DNA of 63,989 nucleotides, filler included, from Rhabdomonas costata (Eukaryota): the NCBI GenBank assembly GCA_019059605.1. It is 20 parts of 20 records of this genome, joined end to end, with 100 filler letters (N's around TTAATTAATTAA, not from the genome) between each part and the next. Parts side by side here need not be neighbours in the genome. Positions count along the whole stretch, not along the records: positions 12,841 to 15,949 come from JAHMHO010001361.1; positions 16,050 to 19,157 come from JAHMHO010001362.1; positions 19,258 to 22,366 come from JAHMHO010001363.1; positions 22,467 to 25,574 come from JAHMHO010001364.1; positions 25,675 to 28,781 come from JAHMHO010001365.1; 15 more parts are not named here. One strand, written 5' to 3'. Shown piece after piece: positions 13,929 to 25,905 of this stretch; the stretch's first letter is position 1; the number at the start of each line of letters is the position of its first letter. The notes below the pieces were generated by a model, which ran no database searches, was not told where the DNA came from, and saw only the letters and a program-made list of their open reading frames with translations. A program made the position numbers and the translations under genes.

Positions 13929-14008
13929 AGTCAATATCAATACCCATTCACAGTGGTGGTCTGTATCGTGACAAGAACCTCTGCGTTTTCGGCTTTTGTA
14001 CCCAGTGG
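13929..14008. repeat. Left arm of an ~80-bp inverted repeat (right arm 15859-15939)
   Basis: The core ACAGTGGTGGTCTGTATCGTGACAA is identical in both arms. Flanking bases match with scattered substitutions. Confidence 0.9.
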
Positions 14009-14689
14009 AAGTTGCAAGATCACCATTTTGAAAAAGTGAAAGTGGCATGCACAGTTGGTGGTGTGCCATCTAACTGGTTTTAGACTGTCGTTAGACCTCT
14101 AACGCTGTTATAAGTTAGACAAACGTTCTCCAGTGGATACCAGTAGAAGCTTTGCAGTTGGTTAGGTTGGCGGCACACGTGTACACTTGGATTACAACAG
14201 AAGTGGGTTGTGTTGCACGGGTGTTAGACGTCTAAAGGCGTCTAACGGCAACCCATAAACTGTGCATGAACCAAGTGAAAGGCAGCTGAAGGTTGGGTTA
14301 GGTAATGTACGAGATACGTTAATGTGCGAGATAGTTGGACAAAACTTTACTCAAGTTGTGATACTGCGTTAATTTCGGGCAATCATGGATAACAAGATCT
14401 TAAATTATAAACAGAAAGTACTTTCAATAACCTAAAACACTCGCGTGCCCAAATGCTTGGGTTGGAAGCGACACAACAGCTTTTGCGCAGATTTCGCGGA
14501 AATTGCAGACACCTTCTGAATCATCTTGGAAACAGTTGATGTTCATTGTCGCAGACATCCTGTTGTCACATTGGACTCGCGAGCGGCATGACGCTGTTAA
14601 TCTAACTATTATACACAGCCGGAATATTTTGCACTAGTGGGATGATTGAAACCAGGCTGTTGAAAAAGCAGAAGCAGCGACGCACACAA

Positions 14690-15420
14690 AGTCAGATTGT
14701 CCATGCTCCCAGACATAGCTGGAGTTTGTTTCGAAGCATACGGTCATGATGGCGAGTGGTTTTGGGCTTTTGTGAGCGACAGAAAAACGATGCTTCCAGG
14801 TCAATACGTTGTCGCAGCGCATTTGGTGACTTGAAATTAATCTGTGGTGATATAATAGGTTCAAGAAGTATGGTATGATCCTTGTGCCTCAGATGTTGGC
14901 GTTGTTGATGGCGATGTCCACAATGTACAGCAGGCGAGACCATTTTTAATCCTTACATCTATGAGCTACTGCATTTTAACAAGCAAAATTGTACTCAAGA
15001 CATGTTTCATTGTCTGTTTTGCTTTCTTTGAGACGTCATTCGCTTGCAGATGGAACGTGGAAGTTATTCGCTTCCTGATCCTCATTATGTTGCACAGTCC
15101 CCAACAAAAAGCGCTAGTGAAATTGGTGTCTCTGTTGGAAACGATGCTGGATGGCAATCTACTGTGGCACACAACGTTGTTCAAAAACAGCTCTGCCACT
15201 TAGGATGTCTTCAACTTTTTCAACATGGAATCATGTCACCTGCTTTGAATCACGGTCCGTGAAAGGCTGAATAAAAATATTCACATGCGCCGTTTCGACC
15301 TTTTTCATGTTTGATTCTGTGTTCTTCCAATGCCACATGGGCATCTACAGTTGTTTTATATGTCCAGAAAAAATGGCACTGTGCCTTCTTCTGTTTACAT
15401 GACACACAAGTACTGCAATA
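14690..15420 (-). mobile_element. Degenerate Ty3/gypsy-type integrase
   Basis: AELFLNNVVCHSRLPSSIVSNRDTNFTSAFCWGLC...TSTFHLQAND matches the gypsy rve core (IVSDRD..FTS.FW...STA.HPQTDG). A remnant resembling G.L.PL..P...W lies upstream. Catalytic residues are decayed. Confidence 0.85.
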
Positions 15421-16792
15421 ACGTCACAAAATTGCGTACAAGTTCAATTTGTTAACGTCTACTTACCATGCAGACTAAAAAATCGACTGCGCAATGGCAT
15501 TTTTGGTCACGCGGATCCTTAAAAGTCTCAGTGTCAGCCAGAAATAACTTCGCCCTTACAAATTGGGCATTGAAATATTCCTGCAACCAATCATTAATTG
15601 ACTCTGAAGCAAAACGTTCTGCAATGAAGTACAGCGGGAATATTTTTGTTAATTGGCAGAGCGGCTGCACTGGAAACTGCCCCTGATTCTTCTGTGTCAT
15701 TGATGACAATCAGATGTGGAGGAGCGGCGTCAAAAATTATGGTCACGTGATTAATATGAGATTTTCTTGAGAAAAAACTGTACACGTAGCAGCCAATTCC
15801 AAATTTGTCGCAAAAAAATTTCCAACTTATTGGAAGTAGCGGTAGAACCCAGCAGTTGTTCCCTGTGTACAAAAGCGGAAAACGCCGAGGTTATTGTCAC
15901 GATACAGACCACCACTGTAAAGGAGTAAGTATGTTGACACCACCACCCCNNNNNNNNNNNNNNNNNNNNNNNNNNNNNNNNNNNNNNNNNNNNTTAATTA
16001 ATTAANNNNNNNNNNNNNNNNNNNNNNNNNNNNNNNNNNNNNNNNNNNNGGGTGTGTGTGTGCTGGCCGTGGTGGGCTCCCAGGCCCTGGCGTCCTCCCT
16101 CGGGGCCCGCCCCTGCGCGGTGGGCATGGCGCCCGCGAAAATCACTGGGGGTTGTTTTGAAGCGAGAGATTGGCGGATAAAATGCACTGCTCAAGCTTGT
16201 TGCGCTGAATTGCGCTCCGCTATTCGACCAAACGAGCAAACGCTCCCTAAAAATCGACGTTGGGTGAGCAATGTCGGTCGAAGGTGAAAGAAAAAACGGT
16301 TGAACAAGGTGGGTCACATTATTTTTGTGCAAACACTTAAGCACCCTGCACGCTGCCCCCCTGTAATTCCAAAAAAAAAAAAGCAGAGGGTCAGGATTGC
16401 GCACGTTCCAAGAAATTCCCTAAGCACCACACTGTCCACCCTGAAGCACCACAAGCCCGTTTCGGTAAATGTTGCAGGGTTCCAACTATTTCAAATTTCG
16501 TTGAGTAGTGTTCGCCGCTCCTGAGTAGCAGGACGAATAGCTTGTGGGGGGGGGGGGGCAAAGGAGAGAAAAGGCCACCACTATAACCCCCATGAGCCCC
16601 AGGCAAGTGGAAAATTCTCTGTGAAGGTTATCCTTGCGATCACCAGCAAAACCACAAGGGAGACCTTCATATCACTTGAAAGCTTTGAGCACATACCCGA
16701 CTGAAAATTTTGATGTTTGATGGTGATCCCCATCTGAGACAGACTTGTGCATTCCCCGAAAGCATTCCACAAAAGAAAAGTCTTCAAAGTGC

Positions 16793-18015
16793 CTTGTCCT
16801 CGTCTTCCATAGAGGCCTCATCCTTGGTGAACAGGGACTCCGGCATGTACTTCCGGTACTCCACCAGATGCTCCGTGAGGGTGTTGATGGCCCTGCCCAG
16901 GCTGTGCACCTCGGTCACCAGCGAGTGCCGGAACGGCTGCACCAGCGAGGCCTCCATGCTGCACAGCAGCACCACGTCCCGCACCAGCCGCTCCAACGGC
17001 CGAGTGCACACCTTCACCAGCACACTCATCAGCACACACGTCCTGCCAAAAGAAAAAACAGGCCCCTCCCTCGATGCACCACACCAACGAACGTACGAAT
17101 ATCGCACAGAAAGTGCGCGAAACAAATCGAGAAGCGACGCACTCGTAGAAATTGAGCCAGCAAGGAGCTCCGCGGAAGCACTGAGAGTGGGGGGAGCCTA
17201 CCCGGCAATGCACAGTGCCACCAGTCCCACCGTCAGTGGCACCCCCAAGTTGACCTTCTCCAGCCACTTTGCCTGTTCCGTGCCCACCACAAGAGCCCAC
17301 TGGAGCCCCTGTGAAGACGACAGAGACTGGTGACAGCAAAATGAAAGAGGTAGAAGCAAGGGCGGATGCGGGAGAGGGGTGGGGAGGACAGGACTCAGGG
17401 CAGACGATGCAGTAAAAGCTGCAGCCGAAATCTCAGAGCAATATGCTGGCTTTCTGCTCTCTCTCTCTCTCTCTCTTTGATGGAAAGACCACCTGAGTGG
17501 TCTGCCTGAGAATTCCGCAAAGGCCACAAGACCATTGTTTTTCGCTCGAAGACATTAACTGTGCTCTGTGCCACCAACCAAGAGCAGCGGAGTTGGCGGC
17601 GGGGGGGCACTACACTCACTATCTCAAACCTTCCACTTAGCAATTGCGGTGGGATGTGCTCAGGTTGCAGTGTGCATCTGGATAGGGCCTGAATTCCCTG
17701 GGGGGAGGGAGGGGGTCTCCCTGCCTGAATGCTGGGCCGCCGGACGCTCACGTAGAAGCCAGCCACAAAGAACGACGTGTCCTGCTGGGCGCCGCTGCTG
17801 CGAAACGCCCCCCACCCCGCCGTGGAGGCCACCACTCCCTGGGAGAGCACACGGATGAGCTCGCTGGTGGCCTCCACCGCGGGGACCCGCGCTGCTGCCC
17901 CCGTGGTGGACTGCACGGAGACCACGGACTGCCCCGACACGGAGCTCGCGATGAGGTACCCCGTCTCAATTTCCACCAGAAAGATCACCGTGCCCGGGAA
18001 CAGCTCCAGAGCGAT
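16793..18015 (-). CDS. Partial membrane receptor with sensor domain, TM helix and HAMP-like segment, typical of receptor adenylate/guanylate cyclase families; exons 18015-17725, 17308-17202, 17042-16793
   Basis: In-phase splicing gives IFLVEIETGYLIASS...YVSVRRPSIQ|GLQWALVVGTE...VGLVALCIAG|TCVLMSVLVKVCTRPLERLVRDV...SLVTEVHSLGRAINTLTEHLVEYRKYMPESLF. No cyclase domain is seen in the contig. Confidence 0.75.
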
Positions 18016-18056
18016 CTATTGAGGGCGCGCAACACATGACACACAGCGTGTGCACA

Positions 18057-18130
18057 CCTTGTGCTGCTTGTTCTGCATACCTGTTGGTTTTTTTGGCGCG
18101 TTCACGGTGCTGCTGTTGGTGCTCGACGAC
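18057..18130 (+). repeat. Dispersed repeat, also present at 38309-38381
   Basis: CCTTGTGCTGCTTGTTCTGCA(T/C)ACCTGTTGGTTTTTTGGCGCGT(T/A)CACGGTGCTGCTGTT is near-identical in two contigs. Confidence 0.9.
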
Positions 18131-19257
18131 GGGCCCTCCCTGGTCTTCACTGCGCATTCCGGGTCATCGCTTCCCTTCCCATCCTTCTCACGTCCTGCTC
18201 ACCCCTTGGTGTCGGTCGTTTTCCACGGCATCTGACCCACCTCTGCTGCACTTGCTGCCAAGCATTTCTGCTGCACTCCTCTCTCTGTGTCGCTGCAGCT
18301 CTTTCGCTCCCAACACTGTCGCTCTCTGGATTCTTCAAAGATGACGGAAAACCTTGCGCTAGCTTCTCTCACGAACAGTTATTCGCACCGCAGTTCCGAG
18401 GGAGCGTGCACCACGAGTGCGGTGTGTCCAACCTCCACCAATTGTTTCCGCTTCCGGGGCTGAATAACGGATACGTTCCACCACTCTCTCCTTCCTCCGC
18501 GATGCCTGGTCAGGGTCTTCACAGCTTCTCTGTGCTGCACAGTGTGTCTTTTCGGCGGACGTTCTTGCAGTCGACCATTCCATTCCAGGATTACCGCTTC
18601 CACTGCTCGAAAGGCTTGGGACAACCTGCTCATCGTCAAAGTGAATCCAGAGTCCATCTTCGCACTCTGTCCGCAGTGATCCAGACCCTGGTGGTTGACC
18701 ACTATGACGATGTCAATCTCCGCTGTGGCTTCCGGTGACACAAACGCCAGGTTTAGATGGGCAGGGGCGAGTACTGCTGTGCGCACTTCCCTTGTTACCA
18801 CATCAAACCGGGTTGGCTTCAGTTCCGCGACCAGCACCTTTGCCATCTTCTAGATCATTAAGCGCTTTTCGGCTCGCACTCTTCGATGACAACCCGAACA
18901 TCGGTAAAAGTTCTGGTCATCCGGCATTCCCCAGACATTCCCCAGGCATTCCGCAGACAGTCCTCAAGGGTCACCGAGGGCTTATCAGGTATTGCCAGAA
19001 CCACATGCATTGCTTCCCTTATGGTTCGCGTCTGCCCCGGCAATCGGGACATGACACCTCTGAAAGCTCCTCAGAAGCTAACGTATCCCGGATCACATCG
19101 TTGGTCATTTGGCCTTGCACTGGGGAGTCGGTGTCCGGCGACACTCCTCTCACAACANNNNNNNNNNNNNNNNNNNNNNNNNNNNNNNNNNNNNNNNNNN
19201 NTTAATTAATTAANNNNNNNNNNNNNNNNNNNNNNNNNNNNNNNNNNNNNNNNNNNN

Positions 19258-19460
19258 TTCTGGGTATCAACTTCCCAGATTTATCCAAATATAGCCTTCT
19301 TTGCCACTCCAAACTTCTAACCGTGAGATCCCTTAGCAACGGGTACCACGGGGCATCCGGCCACAGTGGTGTAACCAGCATCAATCTGGCTTTATCGCGA
19401 CATGTTTTATCCACTTTGATGGTCTTGGTTAGTTCCCGGTGAAACTGATTTTTATGATGC
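19258..19460 (-). mobile_element. DIRS-like (tyrosine-recombinase retrotransposon) pol C-terminal, methyltransferase-like fragment
   Basis: KTCRDKARLMLVTPLWPDAPWYPLL resembles the DIRS motif K+....A..+L+.P.WP...W+P.L. Truncated by the contig start. Confidence 0.6.
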
Positions 19461-21589
19461 ACCCCACAAATTTACAGTTTCGGACCTTTGCCACTTACCA
19501 GGATCAATTTTTGCGCCGCTTCAATTCTGCATTTGCGGCAGGCGTGGCCGATTTTATGTCTGAGTGGTTTAGGTGCCGGGCTTGTGGCTGCAATGTCGCG
19601 GGGTTAGATTCCCAGACACGGCCTGGGAGGATTTTGGGCAATACGATCCCTATCACCATGCAATTTATCCCACGTTGTTGAGCAGTAATCTGCCCAAGTT
19701 AAAGGACGGACCGTAGAAACCCTCTATTTGTTAAATTTGTGCCGTCGCAATTGAGGACAACTTGAAAGACGGCAAGAGTTATCGCGGCAGTTCTAATCCA
19801 TTTGATTTATCTTCTCAGCAAGATTTTTGGAATATCAGACCAACATAGATTGAAATTCCCAATTTTTAGCTTTGGTTGATTTTGGGACGTAAGTCATAAG
19901 CATTTTTGATCCATCCAAAAGAATCACACGAAGCTATCTACGGAATACACATTGACAAATCTGTTAAATAGTGCTGTAAAAACCGACGTATTAAATCACA
20001 GAGAAACCAAGAAACAGAAATTAAGCACAAAGTAAATTAATATAATATCTAAGTTGTGTGGAAAGTCCAGTTCATAATACGGCGTGTCTCTTTAATTATT
20101 TGTTCTGGAAATACGCTACTGCTCTATCACATTTTGGTGTTAATTGGCAAAATAAAATTGTGGAATTGATGGTTATTATCTAGATCCTCGTTTTTTCTGT
20201 GGTGGTTTCTCTTTTGTCGTTGTTATTCCTGTGAGGCCGACATCAATTATGGTGTGCAAATACAATTATGGTGTACAAATGTCCACACAGCTTACAGTAA
20301 AAAGCAAATAAAAGAAAAAAGACAGATTATATCCTGCGTGGACACAAAGACGTGCAATACTAATTTGATTCTTCTTCTTCCTTGTGACTTCTTCTTCTTG
20401 GGATTCAGAGCTCGACTTACATGCCGAGTCATCGTCACATTCCGTTTCCATTTTCAGTAATCTATATTCAATCTCTCATGAAGCTGTCTGCGGTCATCCA
20501 CCGGATACGTGCTTTGTGCGGAGTTTGTCTATGTGCAACAACAAATGGCACGTTTGTTTTAATTTACCCGCTATGTCAAGCCATCGCAAGAGCGTTTAAA
20601 TAGATTCTTCACTATTTTTAGCATTTATCCCACTCCATTTAACAGAACAAACTTCCCGTGTGAGATTCCATTTTTCAGATTAGATGATTCCAAGCAATCT
20701 CCATCGCCATTGTGTGCTCATGGAGGGATTGAGCTTGCGCCACGTCTCCAGGACAACCGAACCGTGACCAACGAAGATCCAACGAGCCAATTAGTGGCCC
20801 ATGAATTGTTCTTGCGCTTCTTTGTCTCGTGTACTTCTGGAATACTTTGTATCACTGCAACACATTAGCTCATTTGAGAGGCCATTTGCAATGTTCTTCA
20901 CATGCTCGAAGCTAGAGAAACCACAAGCGCATAACGTGGAAGCATTATGATCAGGCTACCTGAAGGCGCTGGGTAATGACACAGCGGATGCTAGCCCGTC
21001 GGTGGCGAGTTACTGCTTACTGCTCCTGGATGAATACGGTTGTTACTTGCGTACAGATCGCTGCTTTGTACCAGTTTGGGTGTAATTTGACTTGATTACA
21101 ACAGTTTATATCTTCAAATGTACTTTGTGGAAGGCGGAGCAGACTAGATGGTGCTAAAGATGGTGGCTTTGCGCTGTTTTTGGCACCACCACATCGCACT
21201 ACGACTCACGTACAACGCACATTACGCCTCAACACTTCCTATGCTGTTATCCTCAGAAAATGGACGGTTCATTCTTTGATTATGCACTTTTGCGCTCAAA
21301 ATTGTCTTTAAATATGTCCCGGCATAAGCAAAGTATGCGCTGTCTTTCCGCGAGCGTTTGTTTATGCGCAGATTCCACCATGAAACATTTTCACCTCATA
21401 AAATTCAGGTAAACGACACGCCACATATAACATTTGCCAAAATTTTAACATTAACATTGCGCACACAGAGATTCATTTTTAGCGCAAAAATGGTATTCAT
21501 TTATCTAGCCCATACCTAAAGTACAAATGACACATGTTCAGCAGTGGAACTTTTTCTTTAAGGCTCCTTTTATTGCTCATGTTGACACT

Positions 21590-22340
21590 TTATGATGTCT
21601 CAGACCTCTGCAATGACGAAAGAAAGTTCCGAGAGTGGCTTAGCGGTTTTGGTGTTCTCAGAGAGCCCACTTCTACGTGCTCAAAATGTGGATTAAGTGT
21701 GTACAGGTGAAAGCGTGGACTTGCGTGTACTGACCAGAAGTGCCGCCTTAGAGTGCAGGCTGTTGTGGATGGTCCACTGAAGGGCTCTAAATTTCTTTGA
21801 AGAAGTTCGTTGTTTTGGCCTAATTGTGGGCTCATGACTATGCTGGGATAAGGGCGGATCACATGCTGGGCCATGGTTGCGCTACTGTTGCTGACTGGAG
21901 TGGTACGTTTTGGCAATGTGTTATGAACTATGAGGCTTCATGGGGTGCTGGAGTAATAGGTGGCCCTGATATGGAGGATTTCCAGTGGAGAGCAAACTTG
22001 GATGGACCCATTTCTTTTGTTGATGGATCACATTCGCAATTGACATTTCCAGTGAATATTGTCGTATTTGATCTCGCAGTGGGTTATGACTCCATGCACG
22101 TGTCATCTGGGAAAAGATATTTGACTTCACAGGGGGTTAGGAAGCGATGCACGTGTCCATAAGAAAAAGGTTCACTGCTGAACGTATGCCATACAGATGA
22201 CCAAAGAACAACAAAAATGCGTCCTCACCAACAGTTATAACACTGATTACCTCAAGCAGACCACGCATATCATGGCAACTTGTGACAATTGGGACCTTTC
22301 TTTTCAAACCATTTACTTCACGGCGTTACAACTGTTAAAT
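21590..22340 (+). mobile_element. Degenerate Merlin (IS1016/ISXO2-like) transposase
   Basis: EWLSGFGVLREPTSTCSKCG...CTDQKCR...DGPLKGSKF resembles the Merlin N-terminal zinc ribbon. It is followed by IGGPD..V(D)ESKLG, matching the IGGPG..VEIDESKF motif. Many stops and frameshifts. Confidence 0.6.
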
Positions 22341-22466
22341 CATATACCCTCGTTAAAACAACAACANNNNNNNNNNNNNNNNNNNNNNNNNNNNNNNNNN
22401 NNNNNNNNNNTTAATTAATTAANNNNNNNNNNNNNNNNNNNNNNNNNNNNNNNNNNNNNNNNNNNN

Positions 22467-24570
22467 TGTGTGGGGTCCCGCCTGAAAGGAAATCTTGCAG
22501 CGTGTGGGGCGCGTGGAGCTGCTTGTGGCTGCCGTGGAACCTGAGGTGGACGAGCTGCTTGTGGCCTGGGCCTTGTTTGGGATAGAGCTCCCTGGAAAGG
22601 GTGGGCAGGTATCGTCCTGTTTTCGCTTGTGAACTGCAGAGGAGGGCGGTGGCGGACGCGGGACTGAGGCTGATGGGAGGCTGAAGTCCTGGATACGGAC
22701 GGGAGGGACGGTGGGATTCACGGGCTCAGCCTGCACCGCGTCACCATTTCGGGGGACGGAGAGCGCGGACTCTCGGGAAGCCTTCTGCTCCGCCTCTTCG
22801 CTCCGGCGGACCTCCTCCTGCAAGTTCTGGTCCATTCTTTGCAGCAGTTTCTCGGACAAGGAGACCTGCGACCAGGGGGGAGGGAAAAGGGGCAAGCAAT
22901 GCGGCAGCAGGGGTGAGAATGAGGAACTGTCCTCTGCTCATATCCAGTCAGTCGAAGGAAAGTTGCCACAGTACAAAGTGGCCACACGGTTGGTAAACAT
23001 TGCAGCATTACCAAACTAATGCGGGGCAAGTACATCCACCAAGGCACATGACTTTCTTGGAGCGCAGGCTTTTGTTTGATTGCTTTGTTGATATAACATA
23101 CTTTGGCCCAGTATTATTCCGCGCCAGTATTAGGCTACTGACCTCGCAGGAGATCCGGAAAATCTGGACGTGCAGGGGTAAGGGGGAGGGCAGATGCCTG
23201 GCGGTCATTCACTAAAACCCTCGCTTGGGTTGAAAATAATGCATAGACACTTATTCGTTATCCACAGCCAACAATCACATCACACATAGGCAGCTGCTCT
23301 TCCCAAGTGGAGACAGAGAGACACTGCAGCAGACCTGCCCCTGCTCACCATCGCGCTCTATAGTGGGCTCGTACCGCCCGATGTACTGGTGGTAGAGCAG
23401 GGGCTGCCTTCGGCGCATCTCGTGGAGGCTGAAGAACCCGGAGCTGTCCTCCAGCTGCCTTTGCATGAAGGCATACCTGCGTGACCACAACAGCAGGAAG
23501 TTTTCGGGGGGTTGGGTGCCCGTGCGAAACGTGGCCCTGGAAGTACAGCGTCATTTGTGAAGGACAGAATCGCCTGATGATATGAGTACGTGAACTTCCA
23601 AAAAGTAGGAGGCAGATGATGATCCAGCATAGCATGTTGTTGAAACACTGCAATGTTGAGCGATTAGAAAACACCTGCACCTTACTCTGTTGAAAGAGGG
23701 GATGTTGGACCTGCGGTTGCGAGTGAACGAGCATGGTCCCCGAGGTCCCGTCCCAAGCCTTTGTTGCTCACGCTCGCCCAACAGGGTGTGAACGTAGTGC
23801 TGCACTTCGTAATTCTCAGGGAAGAACCGCCCAAGCGCTTCTGCACGCCCCACCACCCAACAGAAGGCCACAGAGATTCCGCACCTGCAGCCACCGCACA
23901 CAAAACCACAGATGGGCGAATACACCATCCCACGCACCCTTTCTGGAACTCTCACGGAAGCGATCTTCAACATTGGAGCTAATGGGCAGAGACGACTAAT
24001 GCATACACAGGTATGAGTGACTCCTTGAGAGCCTCAGAAAACGCAGTACGAGGATCCTCCCCAGCCCTACAACAGCAAGGGCACACCACAAACAAGAGTC
24101 AACACGATGACAACCGATGGCGATCCCAAAATCAACACCGATAACGGCAAATCAAGCCACTGAACCGTTATTTTCTGGGTCACCGCACCAGTGAAAAGGC
24201 GAGAAAAGGAGTGCTTTACTGCAGCTGCCAATGTGCACAAAGTTAACCAGCAGGACATAAACTGGTAGTCTGCCTCCACACTCTCCGGAGGGTTTTTTCT
24301 TCACCCCTTCCATTTTCCATTCCAGCGAGGCACACCCAAGTGGGAGCTCTGCAGCTGAGCCCCATAGCGTTCCAGAAAGACGTCCACCCGGGTGCCCAGC
24401 ATCCTGCGCAGGACCTGCCCTGCCAGCCCGTCCGGGGCCACTGTAGAACTCTCCTCAGCCCCTTGTGCAGGCTTAGGGGTATCCCGGAACCCCCTCAGAG
24501 TGAACCCAGGCTGGGTCACCAGGTGGGCTATCATGCCCTGCACAAGCTCCTCGGGCAGATTCTCACCCAT
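22467..24570 (-). CDS. CCDC97: CCDC97 (DUF2052) homolog, 5' part; exons 24570-24336, 23840-23711, 23476-23335, 22865-~22490
   Basis: Three in-phase GT-AG introns join VFLERYG..L, RNRR|YAFMQRQLEDSSGFFSLHEMRRRQPLLYHQYIGRY and SLSEKLLQRMD, which are diagnostic CCDC97 motifs. Confidence 0.88.
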
Positions 24571-25829
24571 TGTGCGGAGTAAAGAAAAAATGCGAAAAAT
24601 GGCAACACTATACTGCACGCACCGTGAAAGTGAAGTACGCAGAGCAAGAAGGTTGTTGAAAAAGGGGGGGGGGCAGCAACGGAAAGGAACCAAGTATGGA
24701 GCTTGATTTTGCGGTGGCTGTGGCAGCTCTGCCATGGTTTGGGCAAGCTGATCCTGGCCATTTTCGCAACCCATGCAACTCAGCTTTGCGCGTGTCTTTG
24801 GGTGGTGAGACCACTGTGGGTTGCGGTCGCCGAAGTCCACACAAACTAGCGAGCGCCCCGGGAACGAACTACACTGCAGAAAAAGGAGCCCGAAGAGACG
24901 CGGCGGATGCTATAGGGGAGATAGGCACCCTTGAGGTGGTCCGCGTGAAGAAAAAGTATCAAACTGACCTTTTGGAAAAGGTGACACAGTGCGTTTCCTA
25001 ACGAGACGCAGTTGCCGAACCTTTGACTAAAGCAGGTTTAACAGCGCTCACACCCCATTCTCCAGAAAATCAGAAGGAAAGCACCACCTCCCCACCGCCT
25101 GCATCCAAGCGCACATGTGGTGCTGCCAAGGGGAGAGGAGATGTGCCACTTCTTGTGGCCACGAGGTCTCTCCTGCGCCGGCTTATGTACACTTCACTTC
25201 ATCATCCAATGATGCAATAATAGACGAATGTTTTCCATTCGGAGGTCCAGAGTGGTCAAAGGAAGGAACTGGATATGCCAACAAGAAAACCCGGGGGGCC
25301 AATTCCTGCAATCGTTCCGAAACGAATGAAGAAAGACCAGAGAAGAAGGACATCCCGGAGGCACAGCGCTGGTATGGAGACCCCTGGAATAATATATAAA
25401 ACCTGCAGACAGCCACAGCAAGCTCAGGTCTGATCAGGAACAAAAGGAGCCCCAAAGAGCTCTCACAGCGTCACTTACAATTCACAAGCAGGCCGAGACT
25501 AAGCCACCACAGCCCCAGCGCCAACCCAGAACCCAACAGGAACCACACAACGTGAGGGGCTACAGCGCACCCCCNNNNNNNNNNNNNNNNNNNNNNNNNN
25601 NNNNNNNNNNNNNNNNNNTTAATTAATTAANNNNNNNNNNNNNNNNNNNNNNNNNNNNNNNNNNNNNNNNNNNNGTGTTGGGTGTGGGGGTGAAGAAAAG
25701 GTCCTCATTCTCTTTTGTGATTTCGTTTCGTTTTTCTTCTGCTTGCACCTCTCCTGCAAATATTGTCTTGTCTGGAGCTGCGCCGCATTGCTCCGCTCAA
25801 TCAAGAAAGAACGAGCACCCGAGATCTTT

Positions 25830-25905
25830 TTGAAACACAGGGGGCACTGTCTTAGGAAGACATTGAAATCAAGGGGGCACTGTTTTAGGGAGACATTGAA
25901 ATCAG
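25830..25905. repeat. 33-bp tandem repeat, about 2.3 copies
   Basis: TTGAAA recurs at 25830, 25863 and 25896 with the unit ...GGGGGCACTGT(C/T)TTAGG(A/G)AGACA. Confidence 0.85.
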
